Part shown: positions 40,101 to 53,200 of the stretch, piece after piece | How the letters are laid out: each line of letters starts with the position of its first letter | Numbering within the stretch: position 1 is the first letter of the stretch | Source: Trichinella spiralis | Taxonomy: Eukaryota | Assembly: GCF_000181795.1 (NCBI RefSeq) | Contig: NW_003526940.1 | Span: 84,440 to 148,135 of the forward strand | DNA length: 63,696 nt | Direction of reading: 5' to 3' | Position numbers and translations under genes: made by a program | The notes under the pieces: generated by a model | The model's input: the letters and a program-made list of their open reading frames with translations, nothing else | Database searches by the model: none | Told to the model about the DNA's origin: nothing

Positions 40101-42631
40101 GTGTTCATAAATTTGTACACATACTGCAAATGTGATCGGTTTTATCTCACACCGCTTTTTCACGGTACAGGCATAAATTTTTTGCTCCAATCATAAAATT
40201 ATTGTCTATATATGTTCAAATTTGCAAAAAGTGGGTTATTTTATTTATTGTTTAGTGTTGTGGTCGTATTTTTCAGACTGTCATTGCAGGATATTATCAC
40301 TTGAAAATTGATGGTAGATTTAAATTTCAATTTAATCTACTTCTCTTTGATTATTAATTAATCTTTTTTTTATTTTATTATCTTCTTCTTTGGTCCAAAT
40401 ATTATTCAGCTGATCATTATTTATTCAACTGCTGTAATTCGCTTACTGTACATAGACATTGCTTGAAACGATCAAGAAAGAGAGAGAGAGATAAGGAAGA
40501 AAGCAGCCTAAAATTGAACAATTTTTAATGCATTTTTATTTTACACAGTTGACAATTCAAAATAGCCATCATTCTTCACTGGAAACTGTACTGACTGCAC
40601 TGGAAAATGTGCAATTTCAAACTGTCGTCTGGATATAGTAAGTAAATAAGCATGCATGTATGGATTTATTATGAATTTTACGATTGATTGAAATTTGAAA
40701 AGTGAATTGACTATTTTTAGCGGTTGTTTGTTTTTTTTTCTTGTTGTTGTTTCAATTATCATTTTCTTCAAGGAAGGAACTTGCGTTGTCAATTATCCCA
40801 CTGACGGCAGTATATGAATTTGTAATTTCCGTTTGATGATCTATTTTGAAGCGTTTCTTGTCCTGCTCTTTGGTGGTCTTTGAATTATTTTCACAAAAAA
40901 AAGCATCACCAATGCTTTTGCTTGCTTGGGATAGGGGTTTTTTTTTAAATATTTTTTTTATCGATCCAATTGCTCGGCTGATTGCGTACACTTCCGTCTG
41001 GGCGGAAATTTTTATGAATCAAAATTCTCGTCTAGCTTTGACCGATTTATGCTCGCAAATTGTTGCTTCTTGTTTCAACCGCAGTTTCAGATTGGTTGGT
41101 TTAAGCAGCAGCAGCAGCAGTGTCTTGCTTCCTTATCTCTTGTTTCGGCTTTTTCTTCTTCTGTACTGATATTCCCTTCGACTAAACAACTATATATATA
41201 TGCTTTTGCAATTATTATACTTTTTAATATCAATTTTTCGATAATACTTTGTACGTAAGTAATGTTTTGCATTTCAGTTGAATGAACAATTTTGTATTTT
41301 GTTATGAAGCTTTCGTTGGAAAAAAAAAGTTTGCATATTGCACGTTGATCTAGATTTTCTAGATGCTGTCAGGCGGAAAAGTGAATTTGATCATGCCGCC
41401 GGGCATTTTTACTCCTCGCCTTGTTGGCTTGTTATAGAATGATTTCAATATTGTTGACGACGGTGATGAATTTTGACACGAAAACAGCTGTTGATTGTCA
41501 ATTTTCACTAGCGGAACTGTTTTTCTATCCCGGAAAATATTTGAATAATATTTAATAATTAACGATTTTCATTTTTCTTACTTTTCGCTTCCTCGTCTAT
41601 ATTAAATGTACCTGTGGTTGTGTTTTTCTTTTTGATGTCCAACTTGTTCAATGTTTGCAACCGGTGAATGAGCTGCTGTTTGATAACTTTTATTTTTTCT
41701 CCATAATTGTCGAAATTATTAATATCACATTTGCCAGAGTGAGTGGATTATTCCATTCTTTATCAACGAATTTCCAGTACATTGTTTGGTTGATAATTTT
41801 TTTTCTTTGAAAATATACGAACTGTTTGTTATTATTATTATTATTATTTAGTCGAACATTTTGCCCGTCGATATTTTTTGTTGCTTTCATTTTCTCTTCC
41901 TCATTTGATGAATTATTATGAAAAATTTTCTTTTTCGAATATTTTGACACGCACCGATATTTTGATTGATGTTTTTCAGAAAGAGGAAAAAAAAAATATT
42001 TTTTCACAATTTTTTAAAGAATATTTATTTATTTTTTTTCTCTGGGCCAATTTTTATTTTGGGTGGATTTTGTTTGTTTATTCGTTTGTTTGTTTTAATT
42101 TTTGAAATGGAAAATATTTACAACTGACTGACGATGCACGCTGGTAATGTATGCCAAGGGAGGAGGATTTATTATTTGATTTTTGTTTGTCGATTTTCTG
42201 TTGTTTATTGTAGAAGAGTCGACTTTTGTCAGTGCGTCGAAGCGACACGTTCGCAAGCGAAACGCGTGTGTGCGTGTGTGTGTGTCTACAAAACGCAACG
42301 TTGTATCCAACGATCCGCGTCGGTTCCGTGTTTGTTGTGTTTGAATGAATATGCAAATTTTTCCGCCCTTCCCCCTCCCCGTTCGCGTTCGTTTGATTTT
42401 ATTCTACTGGCGGTTCGGTTGGCTTTTCTCAGTCGATCCGGGAAGGGAGCGGAGGGACGAGTTTCGCGGTTGCTACTGTACTTGACACGACTGATGTTTA
42501 TTTTTTAATTTTTTTGTTGTTCCAGTTGTATTTTGCTTTGTGTGCAGTCTGTTGCGTGCTAGCACAGTTGGACGAGCAGTGAAGAGAGAAAATTTCCTTG
42601 CGCACATTTGAAAAGAGAAAAATCTCCCCCA

Positions 42632-45050
42632 ATGATGGCAGTTGGCGAATTGTTGATCGGCGGCGAGTCGTCGGCCGGCCCAGTCGGTCGACTGGCGTCC
42701 GACCAGGCCGATCCGATGGACGACGAGCTGGTCAGACGAGTGGACAGTTACTTGCTCGACATATTGGACGACGACAACGGGTCGCAGGATTTCGACGCCA
42801 AAAAACCGTCGTCGACGTTGTTGTCGTCGGCCGACGGCTATTTCACCGCTTCGGAAAACGACCAGTCCGACTCGAACAGTCCGATGGATCGGTCGTCGTC
42901 GTTGTCTTACGGTAGTTTGGGCGATGGCAAACCGGCGTTGGGCTCCAGTTTCGACGTTGCCAGCTTGTCTTCGTCGAGTCGGTCGAGTAGCGCGCCGGCA
43001 ATGGCCGTCGGCGGCGGCGGCGGCGGCGGCGGTGATTCTTCGTCGTTGCTGAGTGTGAATTTGTCGCCCGTTTTGGAACAACTGGTCCGTTTGGAAATTG
43101 AGCAAGGTGCCGGCTACAACGACACCACCACCACTGCCAGTCCACTCTCTGCCCCGAGCACTGCCAACAACGACAACTATTACAAATATTATTGTTCAAC
43201 TTGGTCCAATTCCAGCGGTAGTGCTTTTTTTCATCACAACAACAACAACAACAACAACAACAACCACGCCTCTGTCTGGTCGACTGGCGACGATTTGTTC
43301 AACCAGCATTGTGGTGGTACTGGTGGTGGTTACGACGGTTGGAATGCAAGCGGTTCCTCATGCGGTAGCACCAGTAGCAGTAGCAGTAGCAGCAGCAGCA
43401 GCAGTAGTAATAGTAGTAGTACCGGTAGCAGTGATGGTAATAGTCGGCAACAACAGCTCCATTCGTCGTTGTTTTATCCTGGCAATTCAGCCGGCGATTC
43501 AGTCTGGTCTCCTGCCGGCATTTGGAAAGAACCGAAATTGGACGTCACAATCAACGGCACTGGAAACAACGGAATCAACGGTGCCACTCCCATCCCCACA
43601 ACGGTGGGCACAACAACAGCGACAACAACAACAACAACAGCCAGCGGCTGGTTGTTCGGCGACAACTGGGACTCGTCGACTCAACAACCGTCGGTTGTGA
43701 AAATTGACGCCGAACCGCCGCGCTACGTCTCCTGCTACATGTCGCCGTCGCAGAGGCTGGCCTGCGAGCAGATGGCCAGCGAGATGGCCAGACGTCGGGC
43801 GTTGAGTCGCATGGCACCGCTGTTGCCGATGACGGTGAACCCGGTACTGGCATCGGACGGCACTTTCGGCTTTCTGGCCCCTCGGCCGAATCCTTCCTAC
43901 TATCACCACCAAGACGACTTGATGACGATGAAGGAGATTTATTGCAGAAACGGCGGCGCTGGCCAGCCGATGGCGCCGCTCTGGTCTGGCGTGCCGTTGT
44001 GTTACGACGTGCCGGCGTTCGGTGGGGCCGGTCCTCAGGCTTGGTACCCGTTTTCGGCCGCCTATCCCCAGTACCGTCCCTATTATGGTCCGTTGAAAGG
44101 GGGAAATAGGCGAAACGATTCACTGTTGGATTTGCATTTGAGTTATGACGAATGTTTCGAAGAATTTCGACTGCTTGAAAAAGATCGAAAAAAGGTTACA
44201 AAATGAGACAAACTTATTTGTTTGATTTCAAAATGAAATTTTCAAAAATTTTCTACATTACAGGCTACAGTAATTAGAATAAGTGAGCTTTTGTATTAAT
44301 TTTTTGTCATTTTGTTCAGACCGAAGCGGAACTCGCTCGTCACAATTTGGGGAAAAAAATCAACAGCTCCAACAATATACCGATTCCTCGACTGCCGGTG
44401 GCTCCGTCTCGAATCGACCGCATGCTGGTCGACTATTTCCGAGAACACGCTAGAGTAATTTAATTAATTGATTAATCAATTAATTAGATTGATCGACACT
44501 TGCATATTTTTTTTCTCAGGTCGTCACTTTGTTGCAAAAAATGGAATGGCTTCGTTCGGAAACGTTGAACAGTCGTGTTTACGAGGCAGTCCGCGCTTGG
44601 TTCAGCGCCATGAGACAGTTGCAAACGTTGCGTATTACTGAACGGAACAATTTCATCCGCAACCTCACTCCCATTCAAGAAGAGATTGGTATGTGTTGTT
44701 GTTGTTGTTGATTTGAAATGTACCGTGATTTGTTTATTTGTTGTGTTTATTGTGCAGATGTGAGTAACACGGCGAACGCGTTGAAAGTGTTGACCAAGAC
44801 GGTACGGCGAGCACGTACCGCGATGGCTTGTTCATTGATATTGACCATCAACGTGCAGTTGACCGCCGAACAGCAAGAGATGGTGAGCAAATTTCTCGGT
44901 GCCGATGCTTTGGCCGAGATGTTGTTATCCAAAGCTGACTCGACCAAGGCAACCCCCATAACAGACGACAGCGCCCCCACCCCCACCACCGTCGTTGCTG
45001 AGGGAAAAACTGAACAGACGGCGCCACAGTTGCCCGAACCCAACAAATAA
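42632..45050 (+). CDS. MEIOC: MEIOC-like meiosis-specific coiled-coil protein, 4 coding exons
   Basis: Exons 42632-44194, 44320-44454, 44520-44688, 44758-45050 (GT-AG, phase-consistent). The spliced C-terminus [79 protein letters not shown]...VRRARTAMACSL matches the MEIOC conserved domain. The N-terminus is long and low-complexity. Confidence 0.9.
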
Positions 45051-45944
45051 CTGATAACTTACTTCATCAGCAGCAACGTATACAATATAATTATTTTTTC
45101 TTTATTAGCTTTTTTCAGTTTGTTTATTACTTTCCCTCGTCAACAACTCTCCCTCCCCTTATTAAACAATCCTCCACCACTACCACCCACAATTAAGTAT
45201 ATGCGTAATTTTTCTTCTTCTTCTTCTTTTTTGTTTTTATTTTGCCATATCATGCCATTTTAAATTAAGCTTTGTCTAATAATGCATTTACTTTTACAGT
45301 AGTGCGTGTCGTGTCGCCAAAGCGCACCAAGTTGTGTTTTAGGAAAAAAAATTGCATAGTTCATTAGTGCTACTACTACTACTACTACCACTACTACTAC
45401 TATTGCTAGTACTGATTGTTTTGTTTTGTTCTTTTTTTGGTGTAACACTGCTTTGTCTTTTTATTTTTTTTCCTTTCTACCCTCTTTCTCTTTTTTTCTT
45501 TTTTGTTTCATCTATCGTCGTCTGGGTTTGTTTTTCATTTTGCTTAATTTTTTCAATGGTATTTTTTAATGGCTAAATTTCCAAATTTCTTCAGGTTTTC
45601 TTCGGATTTTTCTTCATTTTTACACACACACACATTCGACTAGCTCAACCGTAAGTTGTAATAACTTTTTCCTGAAAACAAATATACAGCAGTTGATACT
45701 GTTGCGAGTTGAAAAATAAGTTCTGATATGGTGATGTATGAATGAAATGAGAGAATATTCAAATTTTCCCTACTCTCGTCGTGCCGCCTATTGCACAACA
45801 TTTATCATTCCCGCTCATTACTGCACCAATTTTCTTTTTCCCTCTGAAAGGTAGTATTAATTAATTAATTTATTTATTTATTTATTGGTTTGTTTTTGTT
45901 CGTTTATCTTCTTTCACTAATTCGTTTTCTTCTCTCTGCGTACG

Positions 45945-47327
45945 TTCTTCTTTGCACAAACACCAAAAAAAACAGAGAGTGAGAACTGTGATAATGTATT
46001 TTTTGTTCATGTTACCTTAAATCAAAACTACCATTTTTAAAAAGAAAACATTTCTAGCCCTGCCCCGTGATTGTTTTTCTCTCTTTCTCTTTGCAATTAA
46101 ACAAGGTACGTTCTATTTTTTTAAATTTTTTTTACTGCACTTGATTATTTATTAGTTATTAGAGTTGTTCTTCTTCTTCTTTTTTCCCCTCTTTCTATCA
46201 TTTACCGTTTTTTCTTTTAGCACCATAATAGTTTTTGTTCGTTCTTTTTGTTGGGTTTTTCATTAATTAATTAATTAATTAATTAATTAATGATATTTTT
46301 CATAATTTTAATTATCTGCCGGTAAGTGAACGAAGCTCAACCGAGTGAAAAAATTGTTTGCTTTGTGTGTGTGTGTGTGTGTGGAGGGGGCAGATTACGT
46401 ACTTCTTCCTTTTCTTTTTCTTTGTGGAGTATTGTAATCTTTTCCTCTCTCCATTTTTTCTTTTCAACATAGTCCAATTAATTATTCTGATGAGTAGTTA
46501 GTTCTTTTGGCGCTTCAATGGTTCTGTAATTGTAGAATAGGTTGCAATTTGTTAGTTAAAATTCAGGATCATGTGGCTTGGAAAGAATCGCAGCAGAGAA
46601 TTCATTCATTCAGTCATTGTGTCTTTTCGAATCGATCACCTTTATACAATATATATATATATACATGGCAAAAAAATAAGCAGGTTTCAATTACATTCTG
46701 TATTTTTGTTTCCAACCCATTATTTGCATATTTTTTTGGAAAAAATTTCTCCCGTAGGCTTTTTGTTTTTCGTAAGCTGTTTTGAGGTTTCTTTTCAATA
46801 GCACACAGTTGAACAAAAGTTTATTTTTGTTTTGGCAAAATTATTTTCCCTTTCCTACAGTACTCGTAGATAAACCTGCAGGTCATTTCTAGTTTTTGTT
46901 CCCCGTGTGTACTGTTCAACATCCGCATCGATAAGATCGTTGATTTTTGTTTAACGTCAAAGAAAGAACCACATTGAAGTTTTTTGATCAATAATATCCA
47001 ATTCCATTCATTCTTAACTTGTCTCGTTGTCGATATCTCACCAACCGGTGTGCAGTTGTGCAATTATTGTGGTGCAGCATTGTATGCAACCGGTACTGCC
47101 ACTGTTTCCCGAAAATGTTCGTTTTGTTCATGTTTAATTTTGAAATAAAAAGTGCAAAACAACAAGCAATTGAATTTATGAAAAATGTTTGCCTGTTGAA
47201 CGATGTTGGCTAATTGTTGCGTTTTCCAATAATAACATGTTAAACAAAAAAAATTTCACTAAATCATCCAATGCAAGCACATGTTTATTTATATAATTTT
47301 ACTTCTTCAATTATTATTATTATCATT

Positions 47328-47359
<32 letters not shown>

Positions 47360-48200
47360 TATATCAATTGTAATAAACGTAATATAATAAAAGAAATAAT
47401 GTGAATGAATGAATGAAATTTAAAATTCATAACTTAAGAAATTTAGTCAGTAAATTGTTCAAGTTCCACGACCACGTTTGGGATTTCTTCTTCCTTTTCT
47501 TGTACGATGATGCTTGAAATGGAGCTTTTTCAAAAGCTTGCGACTGATCTCCTCATCTCTGCCAGAAAAGTTGTACCGTTCAGAGGGATATTTTGCAGCT
47601 GTACAAAACGCGCTCGCGTCGTATGGTGACTTCACTTGGACGTAAAGCTTTTGAAACATACTGCGTCCACTTGGACTAAGCAGATAGACTTTACTGTCGT
47701 CTGGCAGCATCAAAACGTTCCGCTTTGATAACGAACATTCGAATTTGTCTCGAAACGAACGACGTAAAGTGCGAAAACAATGTTCACAATAAATTCCAGG
47801 ATGGCAACCACAACTCAACAGTTCAGGCATTTCACAACGACCACCACACTGATGTCTTAAATGAGATTTGCTTCTTGCTCTTGATCTTCTTCTCCTTCTT
47901 CTCGCACTTCTTCGTCTATTCCTTCTTCTCCGACTTCTTCTACTTTCACTGCTTTGACTTTCCGTCCGACGTCGAGCTGCATCATTTTCGTCTGTGGAAT
48001 AATGATCAGAATCACGGTCGAGTGAACTGAAAGGAGATTTGCTTCTGGTTGCAATTGATCTTCTTTTTCTTCTTCTTCGTTCTCTCCTCTTTCTGTTTCT
48101 TCTTCGTCGACTTTCCGAGCGGTGGGATTCATCACTTCCGTCTGTGGAATAATTTTGAGAATGCTGATCCAGTGAATTGAAAGGCGATTCACTTTCGGTT
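45945..48200. repeat. Segmental duplication, copy 1 (pairs with 61032-63410)
   Basis: Colinear, same-orientation similarity covering the non-coding DNA downstream of MEIOC and the 3' part of the basic-protein gene. The right boundary is approximate. Confidence 0.92.
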
Positions 48201-48715
48201 GTTGTTGATCTCCTTTTTCTCGCACTTCTTCGTCTCCTGTTCCTCCGCCTGTTTCTTCCACTTTCACTGCTTCGGCTTTCTGACCGATGGGATGTATCAG
48301 GCCTCTCTTTTGATTTATGTTGAGAATACTGATCCAGTGATTTGAAAACAGATTCAATGCTGGTTGCTGTTGATGTAACTTTTCTTTTTTGACTTCTCGC
48401 CAAATGGGATGCATCATTTCGGTGTCCAGAATCGTTTCTTTTCGAACTTGAGTGTTGAACTTGACTCGCATTTGACGAAATTCCGCTTTTTCCTCCTCTT
48501 TCACCTCGGCCTTTCGACGAAATTGATGCATCACTTCTTATTGGAGATTTTGAAAGTGGACGATTTGCGTCGGATCCACTTTTTGTTTGAGTTGGTCTTT
48601 CTGTTGTTTTTTCACATTTTCCACCCTTCGACGAATGGAAATGACTACTTCTTCCACCAGAATTGCTTCGAGTAGAAGAATGGGAGTGAGAAGAAGAATG
48701 ACCACCTTTCGCCAT
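47459..48715 (-). CDS. Arg/Ser-rich basic protein with Cys-containing C-terminal domain (family member C), single exon
   Basis: Intact 418-aa ATG ORF. Three modules of an acidic spacer (SLDQ/RxSxxYSTD) plus an Arg cluster are followed by HPGIYCEHCFRTL...LMLPDDSKVYLL...AAKYPSERYNFS...KHH. Confidence 0.8.
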   Translation of the reverse strand: MAKGGHSSSHSHSSTRSNSGGRSSHFHSSKGGKCEKTTERPTQTKSGSDANRPLSKSPIRSDASISSKGRGERGGKSGISSNASQVQHSSSKRNDSGHRNDASHLARSQKRKVTSTATSIESVFKSLDQYSQHKSKERPDTSHRSESRSSESGRNRRRNRRRRSARKRRSTTTESESPFNSLDQHSQNYSTDGSDESHRSESRRRRNRKRRERRRRKRRSIATRSKSPFSSLDRDSDHYSTDENDAARRRTESQSSESRRSRRRRNRRRSARRRRRRSRARSKSHLRHQCGGRCEMPELLSCGCHPGIYCEHCFRTLRRSFRDKFECSLSKRNVLMLPDDSKVYLLSPSGRSMFQKLYVQVKSPYDASAFCTAAKYPSERYNFSGRDEEISRKLLKKLHFKHHRTRKGRRNPKRGRGT

Positions 48716-49449
48716 GTTTAAAGCTACTCAACTGAATTGACGAGTACTTTATCGCTTTCACTTCTGCGCGCATTTTAAAGTATAAATGGACTTTAAAGCG
48801 AAAAGTTTATTCAAACATGCCATTTAAACAGTACACTTGAACGCATTATGATTTTCAAGTTCAAATTGAAAAAACATTTAAAAAAATTAATTGAAAAATC
48901 GCCAGAAAAAATTTATTAAGCAAAAACAAACCATACAACAATCACTGTGAGTGAAATAATTGAAATAGTAACGTCTTGTGATTTTACAATCATAATTTCA
49001 TTTCCGTATTCTCACGTTTGTTACTTGACAGTTTTAGTTTTTATCGTACATTCCATTCTGTGACAGCGAAGCAAGAACACACGTGTCATTTCAGAGCAAA
49101 TTAGGATGTTGTTTCTCATTTGACAGTCGTCCCTTGAAATTTGCAGTTGTGCGTTCCAGAGGAAATCGTGAATTTCCAATTTCCACGAATACATGCTGCT
49201 TTTGTTCATTCGCTTCGTTGATGCCATATACTCCTACGCAATTGTCCGTAAAATGTGGAAAGTTTATTTATTTGCAAGCTAAGTGTTTATTGTATATTTA
49301 TTTTTTCAATATAAAACATTTTAGAATTAATATACATATAATAGTCTGCAATGTTCTTTTTCAAAAAACATCATTATCAGAATTTGTTTCTTCCTTTTTT
49401 CATTTCATGGAAAATACGCTGATATGGTTCTGCAGTTATTTCCAAATCA

Positions 49450-50625
49450 TGCTTAAACTTAATCGCCGTACCGCTCTGCTGCCGCCAGCTGGCCATGTTG
49501 TGGAACAGATCGTGCAAAGGACCCATGAAATTGAGATGCACGCTGTAGTCAACCAGACTTTCCCACTGTTACGACGACGCTTCTGGGTGATGGGAGGACG
49601 CCAGGCGGTTAAACGATGCATTCGATCACGCATCCCTTGAAGGAAACAAGACAGTCGTCCTTTTTGCTCCTTGATGAACGAATTGCCGCTGGAGATGCTG
49701 GAACCGACCTTTCCTTTCATCAAGTAGGCCTTGACTTTGCTGAACCCCTGCACGTGAGGGAGGAAAACCAGGCCATCAAGAAAGTGTACATCTGTCTGTT
49801 CACGTGCATGGTGACCCATGTTGTTCAACTCGAACTAGTCACCGCCATGACGACGACATGTTTCCTGGTTAAGCACGTTAAGCCGTTTTATCAGTAGGAG
49901 AGGGAGATCAGCGATAATTCAGTCTGACAACTTTCAGACTTTTAAGCAAGCGGATTCATTTGTCCCTGCTCTGCTCGTCAGGGAATCGTCCGGGAAATTA
50001 CGTGAGGAACTGGCGAAGCGGTGCATCGAGTGGAAATACAGCATGGAGAGAGCTCCCTGGAATGGTAGTTCCTGGGAGAGGCTTGTTTGCTCATCGAAGA
50101 ATGCACTGAGAAAGGTGCTGGGAACCAGCCTGCTCCGTAGTGATGAGTTGCAGACCATCCTCTGCAAATTGGAGGTGCGCATCAACGACCGCCTGCTGGC
50201 ATTGTTGAGCAGAAATCCATGAGATTGCGCCCCCTTGACGCCGGCTCACTTCTTTATTCGAAGAGAGCTCTCCTTACTTCCGCAAGGGAGCACCAGCTCT
50301 GACATGAGTCAAGCACCTGAGAAAACGCTGGCAACACCACTTGTTGTTGATGCGCCAGCTTTGGAAACGGTGAACTGACAAATATCTCATCACCCTCACG
50401 ATCCGACGGAAGTAAACAAAGATGGACCAAGAGCCTGAAGCGGGAGATCCTGTTCTCCATGTGGAAGAAGGGATCCTGCGCAATTAGTGGAAACTCAGCG
50501 TGATCACCGCGACTCTGCCAGGAAGTGATGGCGTCATTCGGTCAGAGCGAGTGCAGACCGCCCGCGGAGTGTTGACTCGTCCAAGCAGATCGCTGTTCCT
50601 GTTGGAGCCAACCGGGAGCTCGTGA
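49450..50625 (+). mobile_element. BEL/Pao retrotransposon remnant (integrase and C-terminal region)
   Basis: Frameshifted segments H...LRRRFWVMGGRQAVKRCI, FHQVGLDFAEPL...KVYICLFTCMVTHVVQLELV, SDNFQTF, APWNGSSWERLV, PLTPAHF and PGSDGVIRS...RP are characteristic of BEL/Pao integrase. Confidence 0.9.
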
Positions 50626-50651
50626 TGGGCGAAGTCCATCAGGCGAGAGAC

Positions 50652-51020
50652 TGTCAAAAACTACTTTGCTCGAACCTGACAATCTGAACCTGCTATTGTT
50701 TGCCGGGTTTGAAATGTGTGTGACGTGGAGAGTCGCATAGTGACAAATTGAAGGCGAGAGTGAAGAGTAGTTGTGTCAGTGCGTTGTGCTTTGTGTTTCA
50801 GTGTTCCGTAGTGTGTTGTGAGTTAATCTCTCACGCTTTACCTGTTACTAAATTTGCACCTTTGTCCAGTGAAGTGCTTGTTCCTATCTGTTGTCCTGCT
50901 TTACGATACGTTCCGGAGAGAACGTGAGTCAGACTGCGGTCAGGCGATCATTACTGATTTGACCTACCGCTGAAGAAAAATTACCGTCAATTAATTCGCA
51001 GGCGACAACGGTTTTGTCGC
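50652..51020 (+). mobile_element. Probable 3' LTR of the BEL/Pao remnant (right end uncertain)
   Basis: Purine tract aggcgagaga at 50641-50650, immediately followed by TGTC and a non-coding GT-rich stretch. Confidence 0.5.
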
Positions 51021-51021
51021 T

Positions 51022-51183
<162 letters not shown>

Positions 51184-52429
51184 TTTATTGATTTATTTAT
51201 AAATCTATCTATCTATGTATGATTTCGAAGTGGTTCCTCAAACAGAAACATCGGAATGCTATATGCTTTCATGGCGCATCTGTAAGCAGTGCAGCACAGA
51301 GACACTGTTCAGAAGACCTTGTGGTTACCATGGCCTTAGATTCTACTAACGTTGCCAAACAGTGGCAGAAAGCTGACCCATAACTCCCGCAGGTCAGATT
51401 ATAGATTGATTATAGTGAAGGATTGGCCATGAGAAGCTCCAGGGAGCAGTCACATGATAAAAAGTCCTCGGGCCCAGCGGGACCAGATAACCGTGAACTG
51501 AAGGATCCTATGGGAGATACTGGACACTGACGAGAGAAGGTTGCTGCAACTTATTCCCTGTGAGAAAATCGCGGAGATTCTGAGAGCCATCCACAAACAC
51601 CAGAAAGAAGTCCTCCTGGGCTTGGCGAAAGCCTTGGTAAAAGTGTATCAGCGATTTTACTAGCCTGAACTGCGGGAAAATGTAAAAGATTGGTGTTGGG
51701 TGTGTTAGAGAACTAACGGCCGTCGAGGCAAGACTCAATGGCGTGGAATTTGCAGAACCGGCAGACCAGGATGGCTCGTTACACCAGAAAAATTCTGAAA
51801 CGTAGCTATTGATTCTGTTTCAGAACATCGACTCAGTTGTCATTTTTGAATCAGAGTAAAGTGAAGTAAAGCGAAGAACAAGAACAAAGTGGAAGAGCCA
51901 AATGGTGGCAACAGTCCTCGCCAGACGGTGACGCTCGCTTTGTGAGAGATACGGCTGCAGAAGGGCCGGAACCGCGTACTTTATTGCCTTCTCACGCACT
52001 ACCGTTTTACGTAAATTACAGTTGAAAGCACTTTTGCACTTGATTGCTGTAGTGCGGTTACAGTGGAAAATGGATGGTTGGAATTGGTGGCGGTACGCTG
52101 GTTAGTTGGTCGTGGTGTGATTGAGTGCATTGATTGCTGTTGTCTTGACCGTCTTTATTATGAGGCTTGACGTATTAAGGCCGTCTATTGTAACCGCCTT
52201 CGCCGGACGGCGACGTCGTCTTTCCCAGGTCTGACCAATGCGAGTCGCGAGCCTAACCCCTGCCGCGGAAGAGAATGGTCAACGACGCCGCCAGCGACTA
52301 CGACCCAGCTTTAGAGAAACGACCTGCGGAACGCCGTGGGATAGAATATCACAGATCTAGAGGCTGATTTGCCGCCACCCGTCTTCGGATCGTTACAATG
52401 GCGGCCTGACCAGGAAATAGAAACGTCGA

Positions 52430-53200
52430 ACGAACGGAAATAGAAACGAACGCTTTCTGTTGCCTGCGCCACGGCCTTCTGTTCATAGATGGGCATCACA
52501 AAGTATCTCGAGAAGCTGGAAAACTTCTTCTGCGCCAGTGGGGTATCGACATCAAACTGACACTACTTGCTGAGTTATCCTATCCGGCGTGAGCTCTACC
52601 CTGTGGGATAAGCGAGGTAAAACTGCTTCGAGGAGTTGCAGAGGCTGCTGCAAAGCGCCTACGGCCTGGAGGAGTCGACGGGGAGGTTGATAAAGCGATT
52701 CCACGCCTTGCGTCAACGTTAAGGCCAGACCATCCAGCTATACGCCCAAGAGATGGCAGAGCTGTGTCGCAGGGTGGCTGTGTCGTGTCAGAAGGTGGCG
52801 CGGTTTGTCGGTGAAATAGCGCCGAGGGAAGTGTATCATGCGATTTGGCTGCAGGAACCACTAACCTTCGTCGAAGCTCAGAAGCTGGCCAGCGGGTCAT
52901 TCAGGTGGAAAAAGATTTCCATGAGCGCCGACAGCCGCGTGCGGGCGTTAAGAAGCTGGAGAAGACAGAGGCGGCCCAGCCTATCAGCGCCTTGTTTTGA
53001 GAGTTGGGCAACCTTGTCAAGAAAATGGAACAACTGGAGCGTCTGCAACATCCAGCAGGAGAGCCGGATGCTTCAATTATGGCAGTTTGGACCACCTCAG
53101 TCGCCGCTGTCCAAATAAAAGACAACGAGGCCACAGACAGCCTACAGGCGCGCAGAACGTCAGATCTGGAGATTGTCAGGTGCTGGCCATATCCGGACTG
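52430..53200 (+). mobile_element. Degenerate LTR-retrotransposon gag fragment
   Basis: Broken frames YLEKLENFFCASGV, QTIQLYAQEMAELCRR...RFVGEI...EPLTFVEAQKLA and a decayed zinc knuckle CFNYGSLDHLSRRCP, inside a GC-rich block (~51200-53560). Confidence 0.65.

Noticed and set aside
40314..40340. Short hairpin gtagatttaaat/atttaatctac
   Set aside because: An 11-bp AT-rich stem is too short for a miRNA precursor and plausible by chance.
42473..44123. Several 120-210 aa overlapping ORFs on both strands
   Set aside because: Alternative-frame and antisense shadows of the GC-rich MEIOC exon 1.
47857..48534. 225-aa Glu-rich alternative-frame ORF inside member C
   Set aside because: Frame-shifted reading of the purine-rich Arg repeats. 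It lacks the conserved C-terminal domain, and no equivalent full ORF is supported in the paralogues.
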